Source of the DNA: Octopus sinensis
Taxonomy: Eukaryota
Reading direction: 5' to 3'
Assembly (NCBI RefSeq): GCF_006345805.1
Contig: NC_043007.1
Span: forward strand, 48,360,001 to 48,424,000
DNA: 64,000 nucleotides
Position numbers and translations under genes: made by a program. Positions within the stretch are counted from its first letter, which is position 1. Each line of letters opens with the position of its first letter. Shown piece by piece: positions 15,198 to 26,889 of the stretch. Below the pieces are notes generated by a model. The model did no database searches. It was not told the DNA's origin and saw only the letters and a list, made by a program, of their open reading frames with translations.

Positions 15198-17857
15198 TAT
15201 AATATATACCAAATGATATAATATGCCAAGTCATTAGAGGCCTGAAAGTGTCACATTCGATTTGTGGGTCATATGGCCGTTGTACAAACCCGGAAAAAAA
15301 TTTATGCAAGCAGAGAAAATATTTAGTTCACGGGAGGTATATCTCTTGGACCAGAACCGTAAAACTCCACCATGGTATACTAGATATTTACTTGCATGGT
15401 GGGGTTGAGAGTGGGATGAGGGCGAAGGATAGAGGTATAGAGGTTGTGTACATGCACGTATATGTATGGGCTTGTATATGGCAAAATCGATCGTGATAAA
15501 TCTTATGATTTTTCATACTGCAGTGAAGAGAAGTAGAGAGAGAGAGAGAGCCAACGTTTATATTTAAGATTCAATCGGCCAGTTTGCAAAGATATATCTG
15601 CGGTCATGAAGACAAGAGCAAAAAAATAAACCCACTTTTAAAGTTCAAGATGGCGTCTAGATTAAAGGGAGCCTTCAGTACCATTCTTTTCTCAACTAAA
15701 CAGAACCTCTAACTCCTACAGCTGTAAATAAAAAGTTTGTACTTTTCTAGTATCATCCACTTGATGTTGTGATATGCATCACATTCTTTCAGTGTCCATA
15801 TACACCTACCTAAAGTTAGTTCACTTTTTTTGGATATATGCGCTTGTGTGTGTAATGAATGTAAACTATAATATACAGTGATAAACAAATATACTGATTA
15901 AAATAGATATTAGTTAGCTCCTTTTGTGCCATGAGGCACATAAGGCTGCAACACGATCTCTCCAACCAGCTCTGTTTTCTGCCACTGTCTGATCTCATGC
16001 CAGCTTCTCCCTCTTTCTCGTCTCCTTTCCTTGTCAACGGTTTTTTGCCATATGGTTTTAAGATGCTCTGCTGCTTTTTTTCCTCCTCAGACAGTCGCTT
16101 TAGTCACATTTATTCATCTGATGATGGTTTGGCAATGACAAATGCTATCTACAGAGCCACAGAGTTACGAGCTTGTTCATGATAACTGGATTCTCAGACA
16201 ACATCCTCATTCAGTCACCATATAAAACTTACAATTTACTTTAGACAATTTCCGTTACTCAAACACTTTTGTAATTTTCCAGTTTTCACATCCGTAGAGT
16301 AATACTGGTCGGGCCAATGTCTTGAACAGCATCGGCTTCATTTTACGGCCTATACCATTGCTTTCCTTATATTTTTGCTAGATTATAGAATGCTCTTCAG
16401 GCTTTGAATATTCTGTTCTTTATATCCTTCATTCCCCATTCTGTCTTTCATAATTGTCACTCCGAAGTAAACAAATTCTTTCACCTCGTTGTCGCCGATT
16501 CTTCCACGAGCTTGTTGTCTGGCATTATTCCTTAATGCTTCACATTTTTCTGGATTGAGTTTAAGGCCAATTCTGTCAGCGTTCTGTGCCAGTCTGTATG
16601 TCTTGCTCTGGATGTGTTCATATGTGGATGATAGCAATGCTAAGTTGTCAGCAAAGTCGAAATCTTCAAGTGTACTCTTGAGGCTCCACTTAATGTCATT
16701 CCTATGCCTTTCTGTTGTTCTTTGCATGACCCAGCCTATTGCCAAGAAAAACAGAAAACCTGGCATAACACATCCTTGCTTGACTCCAGTTGTAACCATA
16801 AACCACCCTGTCCTGTCTCTGTCGTCCACTACCATGCACCCGAAGGCATTGTACAAGGCCTGCACCATCCTAATCAGCTTGTCAGAAATGCCATATGATC
16901 TCTTTATTTTCGTGTCCTTTGTGGTTGACTGAGTCAATGACTTTTTCAAAGCCAGCAAAGTGAACATATAATGTTGCTTTCCACTATTGGACTTGCTCTA
17001 AAATGTTTCTGAGGATAAATATTTGCTCGGTTGTCCTTCTTTTCTTGTGGAATCCCAGCCTGCTCTTTCCCGAGAGCCTGATCTACTCCTCTCAGTATTC
17101 TCTCAATATACAATGACAAAATTAACTGTAACTAAACGGTGACTTTGATATAAATATTCAGTAAACTAATTTATTCCTTCATTTTTCAGGTTCCCAACCA
17201 GAACTAAAAGAAAAGGACAAAATAAAAGTATATGTCATCAACACTTTTGACCACGAGCAGCACCAAAGGGCATGTGATTCTTTCATGGTGTACCTACATG
17301 AACACTGCTTCTGCGAAGTCTTAAACCTAAATGAGAATAAAAAAATAACGACTGATTTTGCAGATATCTTCAAATCAGTTAATTTTATCATTTTGATCCA
17401 TTCTGAAGGTTATTCTAAACAAGCAACTGCTTGGAAAGAGAAAATATTATATCCAGAACTATGTAAATCTAACCCATCTATTTTACTTCAGATTATGAAC
17501 GACACAGTAACGAACTGTATTGATTGTGCCATGAACTACACGAATCCTAACTATTTGGCACCAAAGAACAAGAGCAAACAGTTCTTCATCATTCCTGACA
17601 ACATGACAGAATTGGTCTGTTATATTCACAATATTAAGCTGGACTCCACAGATGAAGAAAACATTCCTTTGATTGAAGAGCACATTTATTCATCTGATGA
17701 CGGTTTGGCAATGACAAATGCTATCGACAGAGCCACAGAGTACGAGCTTCTTCATGATGACTGGTTTCTCAAACTACATCCTCATCCATTCACCATATCA
17801 AATTCACTATTTTCCTCAGACAATTTCCGTTACTCAGACACTTCACAATATTTCTAA
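2842..17857 (+). CDS. IL17R-like: IL-17 receptor-like protein (FN3-like ectodomain end, TM helix, SEFIR domain); 5'-partial spliced gene, join(2842..2889,3531..3585,4242..4400,12263..12313,17190..17857)
   Basis: All five exons have AG acceptors and GTAAGT/GTGAGT donors with matching phases (0,1,1,1). Joined translation: TSYIFTGVIPAKYHVM-IKPFGDRKRTYTSIINVN-K-THNSMFRLRGKYCSDSMPMPFQDKEKKQSNNLPVILSAILFLVVFSIISWFV-V-KYRRNCIYRKKTKLDN-G-SQPELKEKDKIKVYVINTFDHEQHQRACDSFMVYLHEHCFCEV...NFIILIHSEG...FIIPDNMTELVCYIHNI...SSDDGLAMTNAID...SQYF*. SEFIR box motifs recognised by eye. Upstream exons are not in the window. Confidence 0.85.
3531..3585 (+). CDS. IL17R-like exon (IKPFGDRKRTYTSIINVN)
   Basis: ttccttctag acceptor, gtaagt donor at 3586, phase 0-1, compatible with both neighbouring exons. 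Confidence 0.75.
3608..4057 (-). mobile_element. tRNA-derived CORE-like SINE (family A)
   Basis: Minus strand: gtggctgtgtggtaag (A-box-like), gggttcagtccc (B-box-like), ccttgggcaagtgttttctac (CORE-like), internal microsatellite and (AAAGAGT)n tail. Confidence 0.8.
4242..4400 (+). CDS. IL17R-like transmembrane exon
   Basis: Pyrimidine-rich acceptor ending tgtgcag; encodes hydrophobic LPVILSAILFLVVFSIISWFV; gtaagt donor at 4401; phase 1-1. Confidence 0.85.
4745..4950 (+). mobile_element. tRNA-derived SINE family B (Meta-domain-like centre)
   Basis: gagttcaaatcccgccgaggtc B-box followed by the conserved ctttcatccttc...gtcaataaaataaaatacc block. Confidence 0.7.
5005..5375 (-). mobile_element. 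CORE-like SINE family A copy
   Basis: Homologous to 3608-4057. Confidence 0.8.
5466..6120 (+). mobile_element. SINE family B with tandemly reiterated body
   Basis: Head agctggcagaaacgttagcacg; the unit tatttcgtc...gagttcaaattccgccgaggtcgactttgcctttcatcctttcgggg recurs three times about 185-190 bp apart. Confidence 0.8.
6375..8045. mobile_element. Non-autonomous foldback DNA element with ~600 bp diverged inverted arms
   Basis: 6380-6960 is the approximate reverse complement of 7400-8045 (e.g. ctcacccgcataagttgtattttccccgttttgacgggg vs cccgtcaaaacagaaaaaatccaacttatgtgggtgag; cactcgagtactgc vs gcggtactcgagtc). Confidence 0.75.
7003..7200 (+). mobile_element. SINE family B copy inside the foldback spacer
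   Basis: gagctgacagattcgttaac head, gagttcaaattcc B-box, gtcgactttacctttcatcc centre. Confidence 0.7.
8185..8945 (-). mobile_element. R4/Dong-clade RLE LINE fragment (degenerate)
   Basis: Frameshifted motifs LHPKANVIRLY, LHGQFERQ, SDLKTET, DKCRLY..ESVTYIVS, YKRCHDKV. Confidence 0.85.
8948..9190 (+). mobile_element. tRNA-derived CORE-like SINE (different subfamily)
   Basis: gtagtgattagagtgttgaactc...ggtttcaattcc head followed by gttcttgagcaaaacacttcacctcac (CORE-like). Confidence 0.6.
9245..9450 (+). mobile_element. SINE family B copy
   Basis: ctggcagaatcattagcacaccggg...tgaattcaaatactgccgagattgactctgcctttcatcctttcggggtcgat. Confidence 0.75.
9513..10052 (-). mobile_element. Unclassified ~550 bp non-coding interspersed repeat (family C)
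   Basis: Highly similar copies at 28752-29290 and 30776-31322; strand assigned from the (AAT)n tail. Confidence 0.8.
10055..11056 (+). mobile_element. Tx1-like (L1 clade) LINE 3' end: ORF2 C-terminus plus 3'UTR
   Basis: FAWQCYRGALPVRDKL..CPRCAQDDETVLHALIQC zinc-finger-like motif; ends ccttgtggccaataaacgaacga followed by (ATT)n. Confidence 0.85.
11330..11950 (-). mobile_element. R4/Dong-clade LINE fragment
   Basis: WLKKGTLKKATGSTILAAQDQALITN..CRVCNRVDKTITHIVYEC and downstream HKPDLVVVD (RLE) motifs. Confidence 0.85.
12263..12313 (+). CDS. IL17R-like juxtamembrane exon (VKYRRNCIYRKKTKLDN)
   Basis: ttctctatttttctaattccag acceptor, gtgagt donor at 12314, 51 nt phase 1-1; supplies the basic residues expected right after a TM helix. 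Confidence 0.8.
12585..13655 (-). mobile_element. R4/Dong-clade LINE 3' fragment with 3'UTR
   Basis: LHGQYLR..WLRKSDLK..; VIPVVVGALGALT..EQHLKTVLLGIARILR; 3'UTR shared with 30480-30630. Confidence 0.88.
14010..14960 (+). mobile_element. R4/Dong-clade LINE 3' fragment
   Basis: LLWNFTIQTDRKIDANRPGII..LLIDMTV..NVSVETYQKLIKYKDL RLE motif; followed by (TAA)n at 15055. Confidence 0.85.
15915..17090 (-). mobile_element. RTE-clade LINE RT fragment, interrupted at 16090-16270
   Basis: TGVKQGCVM..LEDFDFADNLALLS..GLKLNPEKCE; LFKTLARPVLLYGCENWK; C-terminal remnant at 15915-16090. Confidence 0.85.
16105..16268 (+). pseudogene. Degenerate partial copy of the SEFIR exon 3' end (source 17681-17843)
   Basis: cacatttattcatctgatgatggtttggcaatgacaaatgctatctacagagccacagag...caatttccgttactcaaacactt aligns to 17681-17843 with substitutions and indels, including a frameshifting extra T. 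Confidence 0.9.
17190..17857 (+). CDS. IL17R-like terminal coding exon, SEFIR domain
   Basis: ttattccttcatttttcag acceptor; open frame to TAA at 17855-17857, including track ORF 17285..17857; KVYVINTFDHEQH...FMVYLHEHCFCEV and FIIPDNMTELVCYIH motifs match SEFIR boxes. Confidence 0.88.
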
Positions 17858-18889
17858 AATATTGTTTTTGTCTTTTTTTTTCTGCTTGGCATCAGTTCTT
17901 CTGTGCTGGCATGGAAGGATGGGATAATGCAAGAATGGTGTATGCATTTCATTTGTTTTAGATTTTTTTATAAGATGACAAGATGAGGCAGCACTCATAA
18001 CCATTGGCGGTTACTATATTCGATGCCCTACCTGATCATCTGTAGGTTATTTCTGAAGGGAAAAATGTTGTTGAGGAGGAGAGCAGGGTTTGGTCTGATT
18101 TGGTCTGATCTGTGTGATTGTCATAGGCATCCAAGGAAGCAGCGTTAGTCCATAAAAAATCATTTATCAATGACTACCAGAGTTTAGTTTCACACCGAAA
18201 CTAGAGAAGTTGTTATTCTGAAAGCAGAAGAACTTGAATGGAGATACGTATGCTGGAACAACAGGGATACATGTATTTTGGAACAATGGAGACACACGTG
18301 TGTCAGAATAATACAGATAAACAATAGAGTAAGAAATTTCAGAAACGACTCCTCAGCATGTAGAAACAATTGATTGGCTAAGAGATCAAAACTTTGATCT
18401 TATCTTTACATCATGTTATTTTTAGAGAAGTAATTTTTACTGCTATCTCAGACCACTCAGCTGTAATATCTGAGTGAGTCCTTTGTGCCAGTCAAACACA
18501 CTGAGATGCGAACCGTTATGCACCAAACACAAAGTAACAACGTGATTGTTGTGATGGTTCGAATTCAATAGTCCAAGAATTTTGCTCTTTACAATTGATT
18601 ATCGATAAATCAAGATTTACAATAAGTGATACAGCTGTGGTGTTCTGTTTATTCTATACACATAGGGACCAGATGTCTAAATGGACGACATATTAGGTCA
18701 GTGGGCATAAAAGTAATAAGTTTAATTCCAACTGTAGGAAAGAACAAGTAACAAACAGCCTTAGAATGTTTCTTTGGATCAACTGGTGCCTTATCTTGGT
18801 AAAGCTTGTCTTTCAACTACTTCCTACCATGAAAGCAAGCAGAAAGAAGCAGCAACATTTCGATCGTTAGACAATACTATTTTCTCACA

Positions 18890-19012
<123 letters not shown>

Positions 19013-19448
19013 CCTCTTCTCCACCTCTCTCACACACACACATATACGCACACCCAGTGCTAAACAGACTTAATTACTTTCAACGTTATATAGTTACTTG
19101 AAATATCTATGTGATCAGTTCGCCAGGCATTATCCCAGCTGGGTGAACTGTGGTCATTGCAGAAATGCAATGAAATTCCAACACATCACTTGAAACCACA
19201 GCCTATGTCTTTCAACTAATACATCCAAAACTTTATTTCTCCATTGTTATTTCACATTAACAAATGTAAAACTGTTGTGCAATATTGTTGTAATATTTTG
19301 TTCTTTCTTGTAACGTCTTCATCATCATTATCATCATCATCGTCGTTATCACCATCATCATCATCATCATCATCTCATAATGACCATCATCATTATCAAC
19401 AACATCAAAATCCTCATCGGGATTCCGACGCTGTAGAGATTCTGCTAA

Positions 19449-19540
<92 letters not shown>

Positions 19541-19556
19541 CAATAACAACAACAAC

Positions 19557-19621
<65 letters not shown>

Positions 19622-19639
19622 GTTATTATTATTATAATA

Positions 19640-22105
19640 AGTTATTCAGAGTAGATCAGAAGAGATTCTATAAAGAAATAAATGGAGAGTGTACAGATGA
19701 AAAGTTGATAGCAAATAACAATGACAGTCAAAGTGAAAACAATGAAAGTTTGGAGTGACATCTGGAGCAAATACAAGGAGCACAAGAAGGATGCTGAATG
19801 GTTGCAAGAACTGAAACAAAACAGTAGTCTGTCCAAAACAGGCAGAACTAGTCATTTCAGTTTGGGACGTGAAGGAAATCATTAAAAAAATGGACAACTG
19901 AAGGCCCCGGTACCAGATGGAGTTCAAGGCTTCTGGATCAAAAGATTTGGTGAATATCATGCACAAATAGCTGCGCAACTCAACACCTTGTTAAATGCCG
20001 ACCAAGTAACACCAGAGTGGTTCACATTGGGTAGGACAGTGCTGTGCTTGAAAAACATCGATAAAGGCAATACAATAGACAATTACAGGCCGATATCCTG
20101 TTTGCCACTTATGTGGAAGTTATTGATTGGAATACTCGCAGAGTCAATGTACAAGCATCTGGAAGAAAATGGAGTCCTGCCACATGAGCAGAAGGGTTGC
20201 AAGCGCAAGTGCAGAGGTACCAAGGATCAGCTCCTGATACACAAAACTGTACTTAAATATTGCAAGATGAGGAAAAGTAACTTAGCTATGTCATGGATCC
20301 AATATCGTAAGGCGTACGATATGATTCCACATTCTCGGAATATGGAATGTATGAACCTATTTGGTATTGCATCGAATGTTGAGTGATTGCTAGGAAAAAG
20401 TATAGTGAAGTGCAGGATGGACCTGACAGCATACGGAAGAAGTTTAGGGACAGTAGAAATTAGGCGGGGGGGGCATCTTCCAAGGGGACTGCCTGTTTCC
20501 ACTGATCTTTGTACTGTGCTTGATGCCACTAATACTAATTCTGAGGAAACCAAAAGCTGGGTATGTATTCAAAAGCCGCCAACGAAAAGTCAACTATTTG
20601 TTATTCATAAATGACCTCAAACTTTATGTTGATACGGTGTATACCTTCAGTGCTGATATCAAAATGGAGTTCGGACTGAGAAAGTGTGGTGTTTTAGTCT
20701 TGAAGAGAGGCAAAATCAAATGCATGGACGGGCTAATGATACCGTCGGGGGAGGTTATGAAGCAGATAGAAGAGACGGGCAATAAGTACTTTGGGATATT
20801 GGAAATGGATAAATTCATGGAGAAAGAAATAACAGAAAAATTTAAGGTGGAGTACTTACGCAGACTGAGACTGATCCAGAAGTCGAAATTAAACGGACGG
20901 AATAAGATCAAATCTATCAACACCTGGGCGGTTTCACTCCTTAGATATGGAGCAGGGGTAATCGCATGGACAGTAGACGAACTAAACAGCTTAGACAGAA
21001 AGACGAGGAAGTTGCTAACTAGATATGGGACACCCCATCCAAAAAGTGACACAGACAGACTGTATGTACCAAGAAAAAGAGGGGGAAGAGGACTGATTGG
21101 ATGCAAACACAGCATTAGAGCAGAAGAAAACAACACAGCATGGTATGTAAAAAATGCCACAGAACTGCTGCTGTTAGAAGTAAGAAGGTCAGGCTTGTGT
21201 AGGATGAAAGATTGCAAAGATTAAGCACTATACAAGAAATTGAAAACGAATGAAACTTAAAATAGGTGGGTAAAGAAAAGAATGCATGGTCAATTTCATA
21301 GGGATATTGAAGATAAGACAGACAGAGAAAAAAGATGGTTGTGGATGACTAAAAGTGATTTAAAACCAGAAACAGAAGTTCTAATCTGTGCTGCCCAAGA
21401 GCAAGCACCAAGAACGAACTACATAAAATTCAGAATAGACAACTCATCAGAAACTGATAAGTGCAGAATCTGTGAACAAAACGGTGAAACCGTATAGCAT
21501 ATCACCAGCCAATGTACGCCACTAGCCCAGAAGGAATATAAGAGATGCCATGACAATATAGCCAGGCTTGTTCATTGGACACTTTGCAACAAGTATGGAT
21601 TAGACAGAGCAAAAAATTGGTACAATCACAACCCGAAGGCATCATCAAAAGTAAAAATGCAAAGATCCTATGGGATTTTGAGATTCAGTGTGACCATGAG
21701 ATAGAGAATAGGAAGCCAAACATAGTGTTAATTGAAAAAGAAAACAAACTATGCTGGATCATAGATATAGTATGCCCAGCTGACAACAAGGTATGCGATA
21801 AGGAAGAAAGAAATGTTGAGAGATGTGACAGGTTAGCTTGGGAAGTTAAGCAGCTTTGGTCGATGAAAAAGATAGTAGTACCAATAATTATCGGAGCCCT
21901 AGGAACAGTGAGCAAAACTCTCGAGAAGTACGTGGAACAAATAGGGACTGCAATAAGGGTGGAGCACTTGCAGAAAACAACACTGCTTGGAACCCTGAAT
22001 ACTCCGGAAGGTGCTCGAAAAATAAGAGGTGTTACTTTTAGTTCACTGGTAGTGAACAGCTGACACCGCAGTACATCTCCAGCGTTAGAGGCTGTGCAAA
22101 GGCAA
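19640..22105 (+). mobile_element. Largest R4/Dong-clade LINE copy (RT, CCHC, RLE; 5'-truncated, frameshifted)
   Basis: [100 protein letters not shown]; (TAA/ATT)n tracts on both sides. Confidence 0.92.
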
Positions 22106-22289
22106 TAATAATAGTAATAACAATAATAATAATTTCCAGTGAATATTTAAAATTTCCCTCAAAATAAGTTAAGAAACTTACATATCTAAAGTTTTCGAAC
22201 ATACTAACGATCAGCTTTAAAAACTTTAATATCTATAAAAAGAGGTTCTCACATTTCCAGGACAGCACTCTTCACCCTATGAGATAACA

Positions 22290-23300
22290 TCTTGTGTACC
22301 ACAGGGATCTGTTCTTTTATTTGTTTCATATATTAATGTCATAGATGCCAACTTAAATAATACCACAGTTCTGAAATATGCTGATGACATCAAGCTGTAC
22401 CTCAAAATAAAGAGGACAGATCCTGTACACTGTAAATCTTTATTGCAATCAGACCTGGACACAATGCAGCAATGGATCATGGACTGGCAACTCAAGCTGA
22501 CTGTGGACAAATGTACCACCGTGCATTTTGGGAGGAAAATCCCAGCGTCTACTTACTCCTTCCACAACACTTCTTGTGAGCGTGACCTGGGCATTATTGT
22601 TGACAGCGATTTGCGTTGGACAAAACACATTGCTAAAATTGCCAAGAAAGCTGAGTATGTTTTGGCATCACTTACCAAATCCTTTGTGAGCCGCTCTCTG
22701 ACTATCTACCTGGGGCTTTATATAGCTATGGTGCAGCCTCACTTGGAATTTGCATCATTGGTCTGGAACCCCTATCTTGCCCAGGATATTAATCGTCCGG
22801 AAACTGTTCAGCGACGTGCAACCAAGAGAATACCCTCCATCAGGCATTTGCCATATTCTGAATGCCTTACTTCCCTGTGCATGGATACATTGAAACTCCG
22901 ACGTCTGGCAACTGACTTGGCAGACACCCATAAAATTATTAACCATCTTATTAACAATAACTCTGAGAACCTTTTCAAACTCCACCTGTCTAACACCCAT
23001 GGACATGATAACAAAGCACAGCTCCCATGACTTTCGGAAACATTTTTTCACGCTAAGAGTTGCTGAAGTATGGAACAAACTGCCAGCATCAGTTGTTAGT
23101 TGTCAGAGCACTGCATCCTTCAAAACTTCCATGCTTCCTGAGATTTGCCAACACTACACCTGATTTTCTTCCCTCCATACACACGCAAGCATGTATCTGA
23201 CTCATACACTGTTCACTTTCCAGACATTTGTACATTACTGCATATGCTTTATACGCACTTTTGACAAGTTGTAGTGCACCTGAGCACTGTATACAATAAT
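22290..23300 (+). mobile_element. CR1-like LINE 3' fragment
   Basis: YADDIKLY, CERDLGIIVDSDLRW, VQPHLEFASLVWNPY, ETVQRRATKRIP, LKLRRL..DL motifs; (ATT)n tail. Confidence 0.9.
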
Positions 23301-23318
23301 TTCATTATTATTATTATA

Positions 23319-23349
<31 letters not shown>

Positions 23350-25489
23350 TATTATTATTACTATTATTATTATTATTATTATTATTATAACTTTCCCATC
23401 TCTCTCTCTCTCTATTCTGTTTGGTGGTCAACTCGATTAATTAATTTTCTTTAACTAAACACTTTGAAACTTCGGATACTGGTAGAATGTATCATATAGA
23501 ACAGTTTTTACTCTTAGCGTTGTTGACAAAAGAAGTCATTTCATGTTAAAGTTGTCGTATTTCAGCAATTTTCAACCAATCAATGACGTGTATTCAGCTG
23601 AAGAAAATTACTGCTGTTGTTTGTCAACAACAACTTCCATCAGTGTATATTTCGTTTGTCACTGTTATTTATGACATATTTAATCTCAGTTACGTTCGTA
23701 TGAATAAATGAGTGTATCTGAAACACGTTTATTTCATGACCGCTCAGACATACACCAACATCCCACCACCACCACCATAATCTTTCATGCATTTTTCTTT
23801 TTTTTTTTAAGCTTTTTTCCCTGTTTTTCAGTTACTATTTTCAGTCTTGGCAAGTCTTTACTCTATAGTTTGTTTGTTTTCTTTCTAACCTGTTAAATAA
23901 TAAACAAAATGAAGCACACACTTAAGAGAAAGCTTTATACATGAAATGCAAATGTTTAGATAATAAATTACGCTGAAAAAGCACTAGTTGTAAAATGCAG
24001 GAAGTAGGTAGAAATCATTATTTATATGATTTTTATTTTTACAACCCCTGGTTATCTTAAATTTTGGAATTGGAAATGTATCTTCTTAAAACAAAATGAG
24101 ATCAATAGATTTGTTGTATCTTCTCCTTGGAAACATTGCTGTACCACTCAAAACAATCAAATCGCCAAAATTTCACTTGGTTAGTAAAGTAGGCTAACAT
24201 ATTTGATGTAGTTTACCAAGAAATTTTGATTGAAAGTACAGAAGAATAGTAATTTATATGGCTAGCTACCATCACAAATAGTAATGACAGTGAGTGAGTT
24301 TGTTCTTCAATAGTCGGGTTATAACTTTGGGAAAGCTCTAGAATTATTAGACTTCATCAGTAAATCATAGCATTAACTTGTTTCCTATATCTTACCAACT
24401 TGGTTTTTTTGTACTCTTCACATGCTTCCATAGATGTAAATACTACAAAGCCAAAAATATAAACATTTGAAAATAATGTCTTTACATTTTCAAAGTATTA
24501 AGTATAAAATATAATAGTTGTAAAAGTAACTCACATAGCTTATCTCTGATATTTTGAAGTGAAATGAGTAATAAGCAAATATTCTTCTCGGCTCTTTGAT
24601 AGAATGCTAACAAGTAGTAACTTTACTTAGAATTGAAAGACCTTGAAAATTGTGCTGTTGTTGAACAAGGTATGGCTGGATTGAAAGGAAGTATGATTAA
24701 AAGCTTTCCACCCACAATCATCTTATTTTCTTTTCTAGGTACTGTGTACTCAGTAGCACATTTTCTAAATGATGGTAGAGTTTGATTTAAGGAAGATTTG
24801 GCTGCTATTTCTAAGAAGTGAAGCAACTGTTTGGAAGTCCTTTGTTTCAACTATTTTGTTGGCTTGATTCTCTTATTAGCTATTATCCAATCAAGTCAAC
24901 TGAAACAAGTAGAATAGTGTACCTTATCCCCAAACAATAGAGTATCAACCATTTATTATGGAATATTGGCAATGAGTATACTAAAGATTAAAAAAACAAC
25001 AACAACAAAACACATCACTTATTTGTCAAATGGTGCATAGTTTCAGTTTTAGGCTATAAAATGGATGGAGCACAGAGCTTCTTCAAAGTAAGACACCAGT
25101 AATTTTACAAGTACGTTCCTAAATGATTTGAAAGGCCAATATAGAATAAATGTTCTCTGTTGAAATGCAACAGCATATTTAAATACAAACCACAATATCT
25201 TATAATTTTCTCAGATTGACGGGGCAAATTTTTTTACTAGAATAAGAATAAAGCAAAAACATACAGTGAAAATCTGAATTAAAGTAATGCTGCACTGACT
25301 ATGTTAGCTGTGTAATTTTCTGTGTTGTGTAACCATGTTGAGTATATACTAGTTGTCACTACACTTAGTCTGGTGACGATGAGTAGATAATCCACACCTT
25401 TTGTTATCAAGAAGTATTAGCAAAACAGGTAATTGCATTGTTTGTATAAATTCAAGCATATTGGCAGTAGCTAATAAACCTTTCTATTA

Positions 25490-25670
25490 CAGGCACTAGG
25501 CCTCGTTTTTGCAGAAAGGTCATATTAAGTCATATTAACCCCAGTGCATAACTTGTACTTAATTCATCAACCCCAAAAGGATGAAAAGCACTTGGTGGAA
25601 TTTGAACTCAGAATATAGCAACGGATGAAATGCCACTAAGCATTTTGCCTGATGCAGTAACAATTCTGCC
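25490..25670 (-). mobile_element. SINE family B copy
   Basis: Reverse complement of the family B head and centre (tttgaactcagaat, caaccccaaaaggatgaaaag). Confidence 0.65.
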
Positions 25671-26889
25671 ATCTCTAATAACAAGTGCAGACAATATTCA
25701 TAAGAGTATTAGAATTTGGATTTATGCATTTGCTTCCTAAGACAATAATGCCCATATACCTTCTATGTGAGAAAACTTACATTAGTGAGGCCATGAAGCC
25801 TGGCAAAAAGAAAAGACAAACTAAAAAGAGTTCTCGTCAGAAAAATAATGATCTTCATTCTCTTTAGACACTGAAAGAAAAAAATGAAAAAAAATGGCAT
25901 TGAAGGAGGCAATACGTTCCCTGTGTGCAGATAAATCTTTTTCACAAATTATAGTGTGGCTTACAATGCATTGCATACCCATGCTTTTTAATTGAACTGA
26001 ATTTTTTTTTTTTTTTTTTTTTTTTTGTTAAAATATAACCATCATAGTATTTGTATACCGGTGAAATTAAGAAATCAACTCCTAAATAAACGAAACCCTC
26101 AACTTCATCTATGTTTGTATTTATGTATGTTTGAAGATAAACCAAATTTTCATCATTTCAAGCTACTCACCCAAGGAGTATTTTGCCAAATTTGGTGAAA
26201 ATCTGTTCAGCTATTTTCTAGTAATTTTCTAGGTACTGTGTACTCAGTAGCACAGTGTTTTTCAAAGTGTAATATCCTGCATTACAATTGATTTAATCCC
26301 TACTTGTATCTTTCAATGTGTCCTCCTTTAAAATTTGTTGCACACCTACACAATTGCTATATAATTTCTACCTCTGCCTGAACTCTATGTGTACTTCCAT
26401 GGAAAGAATGTTACTGTGCTTTTCAAAGTGTAATATCCTACATTAAAATTGATTTAATCTTTATCCGTTCATTTTGTTTTTCCTTTTGTTTACGAGCATG
26501 CCTCGTTATGGGTTAAGTTAGGGTTAGAGCTAAGGTTTAGAATTAGGGATAGATAGCATGCTAAAGTGTAAATGACCACGTATACTGTATGGTAAAGTGG
26601 CACTAAAGATTTATTGAAACAGTTTACCTATCAGAAATTAAGTCATGAAAGGGTTAGCAGTGTCAACACACTTCACTTCACATTTCTATGTTTCTGAGGG
26701 CAATGAAATAAAATACTAGATAAAAACTGTGTCAGTATAGTTGACTAATTGTGTCCTCCTATCAAATTTCTTGCTTTGTGCTTTTGTTAGAAATTCTTGT
26801 TAGTACTATTATATAGTGCAAGCAAGAGAAAAAATGGTGTTTAGAGAACATCTGCAGGCTTTCCAAAACTGTTAATGTGAATGTAGATG

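Noticed and set aside
18516-18653. Minus-strand open segment NKQNTTAVSLIV...CYFVFGA* with a possible acceptor
   Set aside because: No recognisable homology and no securely linked upstream exon. A possible partner at 24537-24608 is equally unsupported.
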